Origin: Deltaproteobacteria bacterium RIFCSPLOWO2_02_FULL_50_16
GTDB lineage: Bacteria; UBA10199; 2-02-FULL-50-16
Length of the DNA: 64,000 bases
Direction of reading: 5' to 3'
Assembly: GCA_001798715.1 (NCBI GenBank)
Contig: MGSF01000022.1
Span: forward strand, 21,899-85,898
The notes under the pieces were generated by a model. That model was not told where the DNA came from. It ran no database searches and saw only the letters and a program-made list of their open reading frames with translations. Shown piece after piece: positions 34,484-45,259 of this stretch. The translations under genes were made by a program, and so were the position numbers. Numbering within the stretch: position 1 is the stretch's first letter; every line of letters begins with the position of its first letter.

Positions 34484-35220
34484 GTATTTTTAAATAATTT
34501 AATCAGCAGATCGGGATAATCCGTAATCAATCCATGGACGTTCTGTTTGGCAAAAAAACGAGCCTCATCCATACTATTGATGGTCCAGACTATTATTTTG
34601 TAACCCTTTTTATGAAAACGGTCAATACTTTGCTTGGTGGCGAGGCATGTCGAAGGATTAAGAGTGGTCACTTTGGCCCAAGGGGCAAATAGGGCGCGTC
34701 GATTATGCCATGATTGTCTTTCATAAAAAAGGAGGGCCCTCTCAATATGCGGGGCATGTTTATAGAAATATCTCAGTGAAATAGGATTAAATGAGGATAT
34801 AAGAATATGACTTTCGATTTTGAATGTGTTGAGGATTTGCAAAACCGCCTTTTCAAGACAGTGATCAAAAAAAGAATAATTTTTCAGCTCTATATTAAAA
34901 AGGCATTGGTCCTTAATAAAATCACAAACCTCTAGCAGTGTGGGTATCTTGGCCTTTTTATTGGATTGGGGATGAACGATGTCGACCTCTCTTACCTGTT
35001 CAATGGTCAATTCTTGGATAAATTTTTGACTATGCCCCATTCTTTCTAAGGTGCTGTCATGAAAGACAACGACATGTCCATCCCGGGTGATTTGAACATC
35101 ACATTCTATCCCGTCAACATTCGACTGAATGGCGGCTTCAAAGGATTCTAATGTGTTTTCTGGATATTGGTTGTGAAGACCGCGGTGGGCAATAATGAAG
35201 GGGGGCATAGAAAAGCTCAC
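34480..35220 (-). CDS. Glycerophosphodiester phosphodiesterase
   Basis: IAHRG, PENT, ECDVQ.T.DG..VVFHD, NIELK, WTIN, ITDYP. Confidence 0.93.
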   Translation of the reverse strand: MSFSMPPFIIAHRGLHNQYPENTLESFEAAIQSNVDGIECDVQITRDGHVVVFHDSTLERMGHSQKFIQELTIEQVREVDIVHPQSNKKAKIPTLLEVCDFIKDQCLFNIELKNYSFFDHCLEKAVLQILNTFKIESHILISSFNPISLRYFYKHAPHIERALLFYERQSWHNRRALFAPWAKVTTLNPSTCLATKQSIDRFHKKGYKIIVWTINSMDEARFFAKQNVHGLITDYPDLLIKLFKNT

Positions 35221-35969
35221 GATGGAGGAGGCAATAATGTATTGGCCTCATACTGTAAGATGCTGGCAACAGTGACACTGGCTGTTTCTGACCTGAGGAT
35301 GCGATCGCCTAAGGAAATAGGGATAAAATGGGACCTTATGGCTTTTTGAATTTCATCAGGGGTAAATCCCCCCTCTGGACCTATGATATAAATGATGGAT
35401 TTTATTATTGAAAGATCGCGATCAGGATTCCTCAAAATCCTTTTGAGGGAGTGGGAGGCCTCATTTTCCCAACACAAGATCTTGAGGTCATATTGCTGGC
35501 TCGCATGGAGGAGCTTGTCAAATGAGAGAGGGGGGGCGAGAGTGGGGGTGTAGGTTTGACCGGATTGTTTCATGGCCTCTTGGGCAATTCTTTTCCATCG
35601 CTCCCGGCGGGAATTTTCTTTTCCCTGAGGGACGGTGCGTGAAGAGGTGAAGGGGATAATATGGGATACACCGAGTTCGACGGTCTTTTGTATGACCCAG
35701 TCCATTTTGTCTTTTTTGATGAGGGCTTGGGCACAGCAGAGTTGGATGGGAAGGGTCGAGAGGGATTTTTGAGAAGTGATTTTAACAGTGATTCCTTGAG
35801 TTTGCATGCTGTCGATGATGCCTTCATACACGATTCCGGCCCCGTCTGTCATTGACAGGGCATCGCCTTTTTTGAGACGAAGGACATTTTTGATGTGACG
35901 GACATCGGGCCCCTTAATGGCTACTTGGTCGTTGATGATATATTTAGCTTCAATTAAAAAGCGGGGCAT
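35217..35969 (-). CDS. rsmE: 16S rRNA m3U1498 methyltransferase
   Basis: HIKNVLR, IQKTVELGV, IGPEGGF, LGDRILRSETA. Confidence 0.96.
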   Translation of the reverse strand: MPRFLIEAKYIINDQVAIKGPDVRHIKNVLRLKKGDALSMTDGAGIVYEGIIDSMQTQGITVKITSQKSLSTLPIQLCCAQALIKKDKMDWVIQKTVELGVSHIIPFTSSRTVPQGKENSRRERWKRIAQEAMKQSGQTYTPTLAPPLSFDKLLHASQQYDLKILCWENEASHSLKRILRNPDRDLSIIKSIIYIIGPEGGFTPDEIQKAIRSHFIPISLGDRILRSETASVTVASILQYEANTLLPPPS

Positions 35970-36080
35970 GTCTTTCTCCAGAGGAGAAACCTACAAAGGC
36001 TCCTTCCTCCCATAGTCCCAACGCCGTTGGGGCATGATTCTCTTTTACAAAAATGGAGATCATCCGGCAATCTTTTTCGT

Positions 36081-36187
36081 TACAAGGCAGTACATTAACT
36101 ACTATACTAATGATCTGCCCAGTATTAAGCAGTAGTGAAGGCATTTGGTTTTTACACTACGCGTAGTGGGATTTGAACTGATTAATA
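36081..36187 (-). repeat. Bipartite hairpin repeat, copy 3 (inverted; 44-bp + 65-bp units)
   Basis: TACAAGGCAGTACATTA...TAATGATCTGCCCAGTA overlapping at TA with TATTAAGCAGT...ACTGATTAATA; closest to copy 2. Confidence 0.7.
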
Positions 36188-36255
36188 ATGAAAGAAATGG
36201 GGATTTGTGATAAATAATGGCCTGCTTTAGTGTCTGAAGAATAAAGGAGCTGATT

Positions 36256-37206
36256 GTGCCTTGTGCCATAGGAATTGATTTGGGGGGAACTAATCTCAGG
36301 GCGGCCTTAGTGGACCACAAGGGCAAGGTTTTGGCTTTTAGGCGGCAGTCGGCTGAAGCCGCCAAGGGCCGGGATTTTGTAGTGGCCTCTCTTTTGAATA
36401 TGGCCACTCAGTTGTTGGAGGAGGCTACAAAACGCGGATTAACTGTCTTGGGGGTTGGGGCCGGTATTCCAGGGATTATAGAAGACGGGGTCGTCTATCA
36501 GTCACCTCATTTTTCAGATTGGGTGGAGTTTGATATACAAAAGGCCATAGCCCATAAGCTTTCTTATCCCGTTCACGTTGATAATGATGCCAATTGTGTG
36601 GCCTTGGGAGAGGCCTGGCTGGGTTCGGCTCGTGGATTGACCCACTTTATCCTCCTGACCTTGGGGACCGGTATTGGGGGGGGCTTGTACATGAATGGTC
36701 AATTGTGGAAAGGGGAGAGTGGTTTTGCGGGTGAAATGGGGCATATGGTCATTGAGGTTTTTGGACCTCCCTGCGCCTGCGGGAGTCGAGGGTGTTGGGA
36801 GTTATACTGTTCGGCCTCTGGGATGAAGAGACTGATGACATTATTCGAAGATGTTCAGTCTCGGGAGGTTTTTGAAAAAAAACTCGGAAAAGACATATTC
36901 CATGTCACCATAGAAGACCTCTATCAGGGCGCCAAAGAGGGAGATATTTTTTCCAATGCGATGTTTAAGAAATTTGGGTATTACTTGGGCGTAGGCATTG
37001 CCTCACTCGTTAATGCCTTAGATATTGAGACGTTTGTTATGGGTGGGGGGATTAGTTGTGCGTGGAATTTTTTTATTGAGGAAACTCACAAGAGTCTCGC
37101 CAAGAGGACTTATAAAGAAACGAGCAAGCGCGTCAAACTCATTCAGGCACAGTTGGGGGATCAGGCAGGGGTTTTGGGTGCCGCATCGGTATTTTTATCG
37201 GTCTAA
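36256..37206 (+). CDS. ROK family sugar kinase (glucokinase-like)
   Basis: GIDLGGT, NDAN, GTGIGGG, GEMGH, CACGSRGCWE. Confidence 0.93.
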   Translation: MPCAIGIDLGGTNLRAALVDHKGKVLAFRRQSAEAAKGRDFVVASLLNMATQLLEEATKRGLTVLGVGAGIPGIIEDGVVYQSPHFSDWVEFDIQKAIAHKLSYPVHVDNDANCVALGEAWLGSARGLTHFILLTLGTGIGGGLYMNGQLWKGESGFAGEMGHMVIEVFGPPCACGSRGCWELYCSASGMKRLMTLFEDVQSREVFEKKLGKDIFHVTIEDLYQGAKEGDIFSNAMFKKFGYYLGVGIASLVNALDIETFVMGGGISCAWNFFIEETHKSLAKRTYKETSKRVKLIQAQLGDQAGVLGAASVFLSV

Positions 37207-38052
37207 CCAACTTTTTTCCAATTTTTCGTAGACTTGAATGTCAGGTTTTTGAAACCCATGGAGACGAAGGGTCTCTAGAATTTCACTTCCTTCAGGGTCT
37301 TGATGCATTGTGAGTAAAATGGGAATGATGATCTCAAACGGATGTTTTGATTGGGGTGCCGGAAAGACGACTAGGGGAGCCGAGGGCAGGGGAACCGACG
37401 TGGATTCAACCGTCACATTTTGGGCCCATAGGGCCTCAAGGTTTTTAATGGTTTCATATTCGAATGAATTGATAAGAAAATAGGCCTTCAATTCGTCCTG
37501 CCCTATTTTTTTTATGATGCCCATGATATTTTCAGTCGGGACGAGTTTGGCGGCGGCCATCATGGGAGAGTTTGAAAAGATGACATTTTTTAAAAAAAGA
37601 GAGGAATAGGGACGGGGTGAATAGACGGGAGAGTCATAGGGGCTGGGTGAGGCCCCTTTGTGTGTGAGGAGGTAAAATCGTTCTGTCCCATTTTTCTCCG
37701 GGAGGGATAACGTTTGGAGAAGGAGCGCAACCTCGCGTAATTCTTTACTTTCTAAATAAACAGGAAGACTTATTATTCCTAATGAGGTTTTGTTAGACTG
37801 GATTATCTTCTTTCCTGAGGTTACGTCAGAGATGTATAAAGGTTTAAACTTGATGTTATCGGGGGTCCTTTGATTGAGATAATCGGTGAAGGTGGTCAAA
37901 ATGGGTTGTGCCTGGGCCGCGGTTCCTTCTCCCCCGGGATACCAAAAGATAAAGTCGTATGTTTTGGCCTCAAGTTTTTTTGCAAGGCACAGAACAAACC
38001 CCAGCACTAGGACAGTGGCAATAAGGGTTAGGCGTAAGAGGCCTCGGTTCAT
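37195..38052 (-). CDS. Exported protein, possibly periplasmic-binding-protein fold
   Basis: Signal peptide; long ORF; C-terminal P..P.V...LL.M..DPEG.EIL..L...GF resembles PhnD-type binding proteins. Confidence 0.55.
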   Translation of the reverse strand: MNRGLLRLTLIATVLVLGFVLCLAKKLEAKTYDFIFWYPGGEGTAAQAQPILTTFTDYLNQRTPDNIKFKPLYISDVTSGKKIIQSNKTSLGIISLPVYLESKELREVALLLQTLSLPEKNGTERFYLLTHKGASPSPYDSPVYSPRPYSSLFLKNVIFSNSPMMAAAKLVPTENIMGIIKKIGQDELKAYFLINSFEYETIKNLEALWAQNVTVESTSVPLPSAPLVVFPAPQSKHPFEIIIPILLTMHQDPEGSEILETLRLHGFQKPDIQVYEKLEKSWLDR

Positions 38053-38123
38053 TCAAGGTCTTGTAACATGGACCTGAAAACGGGGGCAAGTAAGAAGTCA
38101 TCATGGAATGGAGATGAGAAATC

Positions 38124-39605
38124 ATGATAAAAACCCCTTTTGAGACCTTTCAAAAGTCAGCGCGTTTAGGTCCTCGTGTTTCTGTTGTCGGAGAGATCCT
38201 GGCGGATCGTGAAACACCCGTTTCTGTTTATTGTAAGGTGAAGCAGCCGTATTCGTTTTTGCTGGAGAGCGTTGAGGGTCGTGAGAAGTGGGCTCGATAC
38301 AGCTTTATCGGTTTGGAGCCGGAGCTCATTTTTCGAAGTCGCGGTCAAAATGTTGAGATTGGCAATGGCAAAGGGGTTTTTAGGAGGAAAAAGGTCCGGG
38401 ATCCTTTCGGGGAATTGGAACATATCGTCAAAAGGCATCGTGTTGTTGGTGCGAGTCATCTGCCTCGCTTTGACGGGGGGGCTGTCGGTTATTTAGGTTA
38501 TGATATGGTGCATTTTTTTGAAAGACTGCCCTGTCAGGCCAAGGATGATCTCAAGGCATGGGATGCTTATTTCATCCTTCCAAGATTGTTGCTTATTTTT
38601 GATAATGTGGAACACAGGATCATGATTATCACTCATGCTGTTGTGGCAGAAAAATGTGATCTCCACAAGGAGTACGAGGGGTGTTGTCGGCGCATTGAAC
38701 AAATTGGCAAAAAGCTTCAATGTGCCCCTTCGGTTGTTTTGCAGAAAAAGAAAAAAACCCATCCCATGGCCTTCAAGGCCAACTGGTCCTCGGCCCGTTA
38801 TCAAAGGGCGGTGGAACGTATCAAGAAATATATTGTGGAAGGGGATGCGATTCAGGCTGTCCTTTCTCAGAGGTTTTCTTTTCCTTCACTGGAAGATTCT
38901 TTTGATCTTTACAGGGCGTTGCGGGTCATCAATCCTTCGCCGTACATGTTTTATCTTCATTTTGATGATGTGACATTGGTGGGGGCCTCGCCTGAGACCA
39001 TGGTTCGTTTGGAGGAGGGTCAATTGTCATTGCGACCCATAGCGGGCACACGCCGCCGGGGGCATAATGAAGAGGAGGATGCGGCCTTGGAAAAGGAGCT
39101 TTTGGAAGACCCCAAAGAAAGGGCCGAACATGTGATGCTCGTCGACTTGGGGCGAAATGATTTGGGGCGTGTGGCCGTCAAAGGGACTGTTCATGTTGAT
39201 GAATTTATGACGGTGGAGCGCTATTCGCATGTCATGCATATAGTGTCCAATGTGCAGGCGCGACTTCAAAATGGAAAAAATGCCTTTGATGTGATTCGTG
39301 CCACTTTTCCGGCGGGGACCTTATCAGGATCGCCCAAGGTACGTGCCATGGAAATTATTGACGGGCTGGAGCCCACAAAACGGGGGGCCTATGGGGGATG
39401 TGTTGGCTATTTTGGTTTTTCCGGTAACATGGATATGGCGATCACTATCCGATCTTTGTATATCCAGGGAAATAAAATGTATCTCCAGGTCGGAGCCGGG
39501 ATCGTGGCGGATTCTATCCCCCTCCTGGAATATAAGGAATGCCTTAATAAGGCCAGAGGGGTGATGAGGGCGATTGAGTTGGCGGTGAGTGGAAAGTTGT
39601 TGTAA
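38124..39605 (+). CDS. trpE: Anthranilate synthase component I
   Basis: FLLESVEG, NPSPYM, PIAGTRRRG, AEHVMLVDLGRND, FPAGTLSG. Confidence 0.97.
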   Translation: MIKTPFETFQKSARLGPRVSVVGEILADRETPVSVYCKVKQPYSFLLESVEGREKWARYSFIGLEPELIFRSRGQNVEIGNGKGVFRRKKVRDPFGELEHIVKRHRVVGASHLPRFDGGAVGYLGYDMVHFFERLPCQAKDDLKAWDAYFILPRLLLIFDNVEHRIMIITHAVVAEKCDLHKEYEGCCRRIEQIGKKLQCAPSVVLQKKKKTHPMAFKANWSSARYQRAVERIKKYIVEGDAIQAVLSQRFSFPSLEDSFDLYRALRVINPSPYMFYLHFDDVTLVGASPETMVRLEEGQLSLRPIAGTRRRGHNEEEDAALEKELLEDPKERAEHVMLVDLGRNDLGRVAVKGTVHVDEFMTVERYSHVMHIVSNVQARLQNGKNAFDVIRATFPAGTLSGSPKVRAMEIIDGLEPTKRGAYGGCVGYFGFSGNMDMAITIRSLYIQGNKMYLQVGAGIVADSIPLLEYKECLNKARGVMRAIELAVSGKLL

Positions 39606-39619
39606 GATAAGGATCTCCA

Positions 39620-40186
39620 ATGCTGTTGATGATCGATAATTATGATTCTTTTACCTATAATCTTGTCCAATACTTTTTGGAACTGGGTGAGGAGGTCAAG
39701 GTCTATCGCAATGATGCGATTTCATTAAAGGATATTGCAAAGAAGAAACCTTCCAAGATTGTGATATCACCGGGACCGTGTACGCCCCATGAAGCCGGCA
39801 TTTCGGTTTCGGTGATTAAAAGATTTGCCGGGAAGATTCCATTGTTGGGAGTTTGTTTGGGGCAGCAGTCTATTGCCGCCGCTTTTGGAGGTAAAATTGT
39901 TCATGCCCAACGGTTGATGCATGGAAAAACATCAAAAATCTTCCATGATGGAAGAACGATTTTTCAAGGAATAGACAATCCCTTTGTGGCGACCCGATAC
40001 CACTCTTTGGTGGTGGATCGGAAAACCCTGCCGAGGGATTTTGAGATTACGGCTTGGACAGAGGATCATGAAATCATGGGTATTCGGCACCAGAATCATT
40101 TGGTCGAAGGGATGCAGTTTCATCCAGAATCCATACTGACGCGAGAGGGCAAGAATATTTTAAAAAACTTTCTTGGTTTATGTTGA
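39620..40186 (+). CDS. trpG: Anthranilate synthase component II
   Basis: [30 protein letters not shown]. Confidence 0.96.
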   Translation: MLLMIDNYDSFTYNLVQYFLELGEEVKVYRNDAISLKDIAKKKPSKIVISPGPCTPHEAGISVSVIKRFAGKIPLLGVCLGQQSIAAAFGGKIVHAQRLMHGKTSKIFHDGRTIFQGIDNPFVATRYHSLVVDRKTLPRDFEITAWTEDHEIMGIRHQNHLVEGMQFHPESILTREGKNILKNFLGLC

Positions 40187-41199
40187 AGACAGTTTTACAA
40201 CGATTGACGGACAGAAAAGATTTGAGCCAACAAGAAATGGAATCAGCCTTGCGTTCCATGATGACAGGGCAGGTGTCCGAAGGTGATATTATTTCATTCC
40301 TTACCCTTTTAAAAGACAAAGGGGAAACGGTTTCGGAGATTACAGGTGCGACTCTCATTATGAGAGAGGTCTCGGAGCCGGTCTCTGTTGATGACAGTTT
40401 TTTAGTAGACACCTGTGGTACGGGAGGGGATCAGAAGGGGACTTTCAATATATCGACGGCGGCCGCCTTTGTTGCGGCTGGAGCCGGAGCCAAGGTTGCC
40501 AAACACGGTAACCGTTCGATTTCATCACAATCGGGGAGCGCTGATGTCTTAGAAAAATTAGGGGTCAAGATTGATTGCGAAACACATGTTGTTAAAAAAT
40601 GTTTAGAAGAAATCGGAATAGGCTTTTTCTTCGCCCCTCGCTATCACCCAGCGATGCGATATGTGGCCACGGCCAGAAAAAAAATCGGGTCAAAGACCAT
40701 TTTTAATATTTTGGGCCCTTTAACAAATCCTGCGGGAGCCAAAAGGCAATTGATAGGTGTTTATGATCCTTCTGTGCAGGAAAAGATGGCGACCGTTCTC
40801 ATGGATTTGGGTTCTGAGCATGTTTGGGTGGTCCATGGTTCTGATGGCCTGGATGAAATTACATTGACGGGCCCGACTCATGTTGTCGAATGTCATGAGG
40901 GGCGCCTCAAGAAATGGGAATTGATGCCGCAGGATTACAATCTCAAGGCTTGTCGCCTGGAGGATCTGTTGGGGGGGGATGCTGTTTTTAATGCCAACCT
41001 CCTCAAGGGGATTTTGGAGGGTTTTGTAAGTCCCTTGCGTGATGTGGTCGTTCTCAATGCAGCCGCGGCACTGACTCTTTCTGGTAAGGCCCACAATCTT
41101 GAAGAAGGACTCATGATGGCTTGTCATTCCATTGACAAAGGACACGCCTTCAACACCTTGAAACGGCTGGTAGAAATGACACAGGGAACTCGACAATGA
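40180..41199 (+). CDS. trpD: Anthranilate phosphoribosyltransferase
   Basis: [26 protein letters not shown]. Confidence 0.97.
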   Translation: MLKTVLQRLTDRKDLSQQEMESALRSMMTGQVSEGDIISFLTLLKDKGETVSEITGATLIMREVSEPVSVDDSFLVDTCGTGGDQKGTFNISTAAAFVAAGAGAKVAKHGNRSISSQSGSADVLEKLGVKIDCETHVVKKCLEEIGIGFFFAPRYHPAMRYVATARKKIGSKTIFNILGPLTNPAGAKRQLIGVYDPSVQEKMATVLMDLGSEHVWVVHGSDGLDEITLTGPTHVVECHEGRLKKWELMPQDYNLKACRLEDLLGGDAVFNANLLKGILEGFVSPLRDVVVLNAAAALTLSGKAHNLEEGLMMACHSIDKGHAFNTLKRLVEMTQGTRQ

Positions 41200-41981
41200 T
41201 TTTAGACAAGATCATTAAAAGTAAGAAGGAAGAGATTGAACATCATCAGAGGCTCAGATCTCTCGATGATATGCGCTGTAGGGCCAAGAATGCCCCGCCT
41301 GTTGTTTTAATGTCAGAATCTTTAAAGGCCGGTCCAGACAATGAAATTAAAATCATTGCTGAAATAAAGAGAAAATCCCCCTCAGCAGGTTTTTTACGAC
41401 TCGATCTCGATATCACTCATGTGGCAAGGATGTATGACGAGGCCGGGGCCTCTGGATTGTCTGTATTGACCGATGGTCCTTTCTTTCAAGGATCACTTGA
41501 GGATCTTCAGAGGGTGCGAGCGGTGGTGACTCTGCCCTTGTTGCGCAAGGATTTTATTTTTGATCCTTATCAGGTTTATGAAGCCAGGGTTTTTGGGGCC
41601 GATTGTATTTTGCTGATCGCACGGATCCTGGAGGTTCGTCAATTAGAAGATCTCATGGGGTTGGCCTCTGAACTGGAGATGGAGGCGTTGGTTGAAATAC
41701 ACTCTAGGGAAGAATGGGAAAAGATTTCTAACATCAAGATTGATTTATTGGGGATTAATAACCGCAATTTGGATTCACTAAAAATTAATCTTCAGACAAC
41801 AGTCAAATTGGCTCAACAAATTCCTCAAGAGGCTCTTTTGGTGAGTGAGAGTGGCATTCAATCAGCGGCGGACATCCGATTACTTATGAAAGAGGCGGGA
41901 GTTTTCCGGTTTTTAATCGGAGAAACCTTGTTAAGGACACAAGATCCGGCCAAGGCACTCAAAGAATTGTTGATGGGATAG
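41196..41981 (+). CDS. trpC: Indole-3-glycerol phosphate synthase
   Basis: IAEIKRKSPSAG, SVLTD, LRKDF, GINNRNL, SESGI. Confidence 0.97.
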   Translation: MILDKIIKSKKEEIEHHQRLRSLDDMRCRAKNAPPVVLMSESLKAGPDNEIKIIAEIKRKSPSAGFLRLDLDITHVARMYDEAGASGLSVLTDGPFFQGSLEDLQRVRAVVTLPLLRKDFIFDPYQVYEARVFGADCILLIARILEVRQLEDLMGLASELEMEALVEIHSREEWEKISNIKIDLLGINNRNLDSLKINLQTTVKLAQQIPQEALLVSESGIQSAADIRLLMKEAGVFRFLIGETLLRTQDPAKALKELLMG

Positions 41982-41984
41982 ATT

Positions 41985-42602
41985 ATGATCAAGGTCAAAA
42001 TATGTGGCATGACCAATTTGGACGATGTGCTGGCCGCCATCGAATTTGGTGCCGATGCTATTGGATTTAACTTTTTCAAGAAGTCCCCTCGCTATATAGC
42101 TCCGGAAAAAGTAAAAGAGTTGTTGGACAATGTCCCTGCATCTGTTTGGAAGGTGGGCGTTTTTGTCAATGAGGATGATAAGCTTGTAAGAGGGATATCG
42201 CAGGAGTTGTCATTGGATTTTCTCCAGTTTCACGGTGATGAAACCCCGTATTATTGTCAACAATTTGCGGCACCTTATTGGAAAGTTTTTCGCTTGAGGG
42301 ATGAGAAAAGTTTGCTCTTGATGCAGCACTATCATTGTGAGTATTTTCTTATTGATACTTATGATCCTGTATCTTATGGAGGGACGGGGAGGGTGGGTCG
42401 CTGGGATTTGGCCCGCAAGGCCAAATCCATTGGAAAGATTATTCTTGCGGGGGGGCTTCATCCCGATAATATTGAAGAGGCAATAAAACAGGTGCATCCT
42501 GATGGTGTTGATGTCACAACGGGGATTGAATCTGAACCCGGCAAAAAAGATCATCATAAAATGGAACAGTTCATTGTTCGAGTGAAAAACTGTGTGACAT
42601 GA
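41985..42602 (+). CDS. trpF: Phosphoribosylanthranilate isomerase
   Basis: VKICG, SPRY, QFHGDE, GGTG, LAGGL. Confidence 0.96.
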   Translation: MIKVKICGMTNLDDVLAAIEFGADAIGFNFFKKSPRYIAPEKVKELLDNVPASVWKVGVFVNEDDKLVRGISQELSLDFLQFHGDETPYYCQQFAAPYWKVFRLRDEKSLLLMQHYHCEYFLIDTYDPVSYGGTGRVGRWDLARKAKSIGKIILAGGLHPDNIEEAIKQVHPDGVDVTTGIESEPGKKDHHKMEQFIVRVKNCVT

Positions 42603-42621
42603 TGTGACATGAAAGGTTGTC

Positions 42622-43812
42622 GTGAGCCTGCCTGATAAAAAGGGACATTTTGGGATTTTTGGCGGTCAATATGTGGCGGAGACCCTCATGCCAGCCCTGG
42701 AGGAGCTCGAAAAGGCCTATCACGAGGCCTCTCAAGATCCTTTATTCAAAAAGGAAATCGAGGATTATGGCAGGACCTATATTGGTCGTCCCACACCTCT
42801 CTATTTGGCTCAAAGACTTTCAAGGAAGTTGGGAGGGGGCAAGATTTATTTGAAGAGGGAGGATCTTTGTCATACGGGGGCTCACAAGGTCAATAATACA
42901 CTGGGACAGTGTCTTTTGGCCCAGCGGATGGGAAAACGGCGGGTGATCGCGGAAACGGGGGCCGGCCAGCATGGGGTGGCTACGGCCACGATGGCGGCCT
43001 TGTTGGATCTTGAGTGTGTTGTCTATATGGGGGCTGAAGATATCAAGAGACAGTCTCTTAATGTTTTTCGGATGAAGCTTTTGGGGGCCAAGGTGGTGCC
43101 TGTTCATTCGGGCTCCAAGACATTAAAGGATGCCTTAAATGAGGCCTTGAGGGACTGGGTGACCCATGTGAAAACCACGTATTATTGTATTGGATCTGTG
43201 GCTGGTCCCCATCCCTATCCGATGATGGTCAGAGACTTTCAATCGATTATAGGCGAGGAGGTGGGTCGGCAAATAATGCCGTTCGAACAAAGGGATCCCG
43301 ACTATCTTGTTGCGTGTGTCGGTGGAGGGTCCAATGCCATTGGTTTGTTTTATCCATTTTTAGACAATCCCCAGGTTCACATGATTGGTGTTGAGGCGGC
43401 GGGATTGGGATTGTCCTCGTTGCGACATGCGGCGACCCTTTTGAAAGGAAAAGTCGGTGTCCTTCATGGCAGCAAATCCTATTTGCTGCAAGATAATGAG
43501 GGTCAGGTCCAAACGACGCATTCTATCTCGGCGGGTCTTGATTATCCCGGTGTGGGACCGGAACACAGTTATCTCTATGAAACCGATAGAGTGGAGTATG
43601 TTGCTGTGACAGATCGGGAGGCGATGGAGGGATTTGATATCTTGGCCAAGACAGAAGGAATCATTGCCGCCCTAGAATCTGCCCATGCCATTGGATATTT
43701 GATAAAATTGGCCCCTGAACTCAGTCGGCACAAAACAGTGGTGGTCAATCTTTCAGGACGCGGTGACAAGGATATGCCGACGATAGCGAATTATTATAAG
43801 GTTGAGCTCTAA
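42622..43812 (+). CDS. trpB: Tryptophan synthase beta chain
   Basis: [46 protein letters not shown]. Confidence 0.98.
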   Translation: MSLPDKKGHFGIFGGQYVAETLMPALEELEKAYHEASQDPLFKKEIEDYGRTYIGRPTPLYLAQRLSRKLGGGKIYLKREDLCHTGAHKVNNTLGQCLLAQRMGKRRVIAETGAGQHGVATATMAALLDLECVVYMGAEDIKRQSLNVFRMKLLGAKVVPVHSGSKTLKDALNEALRDWVTHVKTTYYCIGSVAGPHPYPMMVRDFQSIIGEEVGRQIMPFEQRDPDYLVACVGGGSNAIGLFYPFLDNPQVHMIGVEAAGLGLSSLRHAATLLKGKVGVLHGSKSYLLQDNEGQVQTTHSISAGLDYPGVGPEHSYLYETDRVEYVAVTDREAMEGFDILAKTEGIIAALESAHAIGYLIKLAPELSRHKTVVVNLSGRGDKDMPTIANYYKVEL

Positions 43813-43820
43813 AAAGATCG

Positions 43821-43923
43821 TATTAACAGGACCGAAATAATATGGACAGCCCGATAGGGCTAACAGCCGGTCCTGTAATACTAACAGTCCCAAAATTGTA
43901 TAGACATTTGGGGACTGTTAGTA
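43821..43923 (+). repeat. Bipartite hairpin repeat, copy 4 (60-bp + 45-bp units)
   Basis: TATTAACAGGACCG...CGGTCCTGTAATA overlapping at TA with TACTAACAGTCCC...GGGACTGTTAGTA; shares CAGTCC and ATAGACATT with copy 2. Confidence 0.75.
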
Positions 43924-44723
43924 TGTCAAGAATACAGAAAATTTTTAGACAGCTGAAAAGAGAAAAGAAAAAGGCGCTGATTCCGTTTATCACAGCGGGA
44001 GATCCTTCGCTTTCAGAGACCATGAAACTGATCGCCTTGTTGGAAAAGGCGGGCGCTGACATTATTGAGTTGGGAATGCCTTTTTCGGACCCGATGGCCG
44101 ACGGACCCGTTATTCAGGCCTCATCCGAGAGATCCCTTAAAAAGGGGACGAATTTGAAGAAAATATTAACCTTGGTGGGTGAGGTCAGGAAACGCTCACA
44201 AATCCCCATTTTACTCATGGGATATTATAATCCTGTTTTCGCTTTTGGCGTGAAGGCCTTTGCCCAGTCGGCATCGAAAGCGGGTGTTGATGCAGTGTTG
44301 ATTGTTGATGTTCCTCCGGAAGAATCCGCTGAGGTCAAGGACGAGCTGGATAAGGTAGGGATTGATCTTATTTTTTTAGTGGCCCCTACGACGTCGATCG
44401 AACGGATGAAAAAAATCGCCCATTTGAGTCGGGGATTTATATATTACGTCTCCATGACGGGTGTGACGGGGGCCAGTTTGAACCAATGGGACTCTATTCA
44501 ACATCAGATAACCCAACTCAGAAGGCTGACTCGACTGCCGATTGCCGTTGGTTTTGGCATTTCGACACCGAAAGAGGCCCAGAGGGTTGCCACAATGGCT
44601 GATGGTGTTGTGATTGGATCCGCCCTGATTCGGCAGATGGCAGGAAGATCCCCTGTTCAAGCTCGTCAACGCATATCCACCATGATTCGCCAATACAAGT
44701 TGGCACTTTCAAGGAGTTTTTAG
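43923..44723 (+). CDS. trpA: Tryptophan synthase alpha chain
   Basis: MSRI.., ITAGDP, PFSDPMADGPVIQ, MGYYNP, GVTG, VGFGI. Confidence 0.97.
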   Translation: MSRIQKIFRQLKREKKKALIPFITAGDPSLSETMKLIALLEKAGADIIELGMPFSDPMADGPVIQASSERSLKKGTNLKKILTLVGEVRKRSQIPILLMGYYNPVFAFGVKAFAQSASKAGVDAVLIVDVPPEESAEVKDELDKVGIDLIFLVAPTTSIERMKKIAHLSRGFIYYVSMTGVTGASLNQWDSIQHQITQLRRLTRLPIAVGFGISTPKEAQRVATMADGVVIGSALIRQMAGRSPVQARQRISTMIRQYKLALSRSF

Positions 44724-45211
44724 TGAAGTCGCTGCTTATTCAAAAGTCACATGCGAGAGAATGTTTTCGTAATTTCCTTAGGGGGAAAAATCTTCTTTTA
44801 ACGACAGAACGTAGTCGGTTGCTGGATATCATTTTTTCTCAGAGAAGGCATTTCTGCATTTATGATCTTCACCAGATGTGTCAAGTTAATCAGCAAAAGG
44901 TGTCATTGGCCACTATTTATAGAACCTTGCCCCTCATGGAAAAGGCGGGTCTGATTCGCGCCGTCAATCTCAAGGCGGACAATTGGCTTTATGAGAATAC
45001 TTATTTTAAACATCATCATGATCATATGGTCTGTGTGGCCTGTGGCAAGATTATTGAATTTGAAAATGTGGGCATTGAAAAAATGCAGTCCAAGGTTTGC
45101 AAAAAACATGATTTTATCATGACGGAACACACCCTCGAATTAAGAGGTTATTGTTCTCATTGCAAAAAAACCCGCAAAATATCTGCCCTCCTCGGTTCCA
45201 AAACGGCATAA
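44723..45211 (+). CDS. fur: Fur family transcriptional regulator
   Basis: SLATIYRTL, HHDHMVCVACG.IIEF, GYCSHC; Fur-like boxes directly downstream. Confidence 0.9.
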   Translation: MKSLLIQKSHARECFRNFLRGKNLLLTTERSRLLDIIFSQRRHFCIYDLHQMCQVNQQKVSLATIYRTLPLMEKAGLIRAVNLKADNWLYENTYFKHHHDHMVCVACGKIIEFENVGIEKMQSKVCKKHDFIMTEHTLELRGYCSHCKKTRKISALLGSKTA

Positions 45212-45259
45212 TTTTTTTCTTTACATTTTCGATGGGGTCGTCTATATCCACACTTCCAT

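Noticed and set aside
36165..36182. tRNA T-loop-like GTTCAAATCCC on the minus strand
   Set aside because: Flanks do not form a T-stem and no other tRNA arms are present; it lies within repeat copy 3.
35950..36407. Short minus-strand ORFs 35950-36144 and 36102-36407
   Set aside because: No recognisable motifs; they run through the repeat or antisense to the ROK gene.
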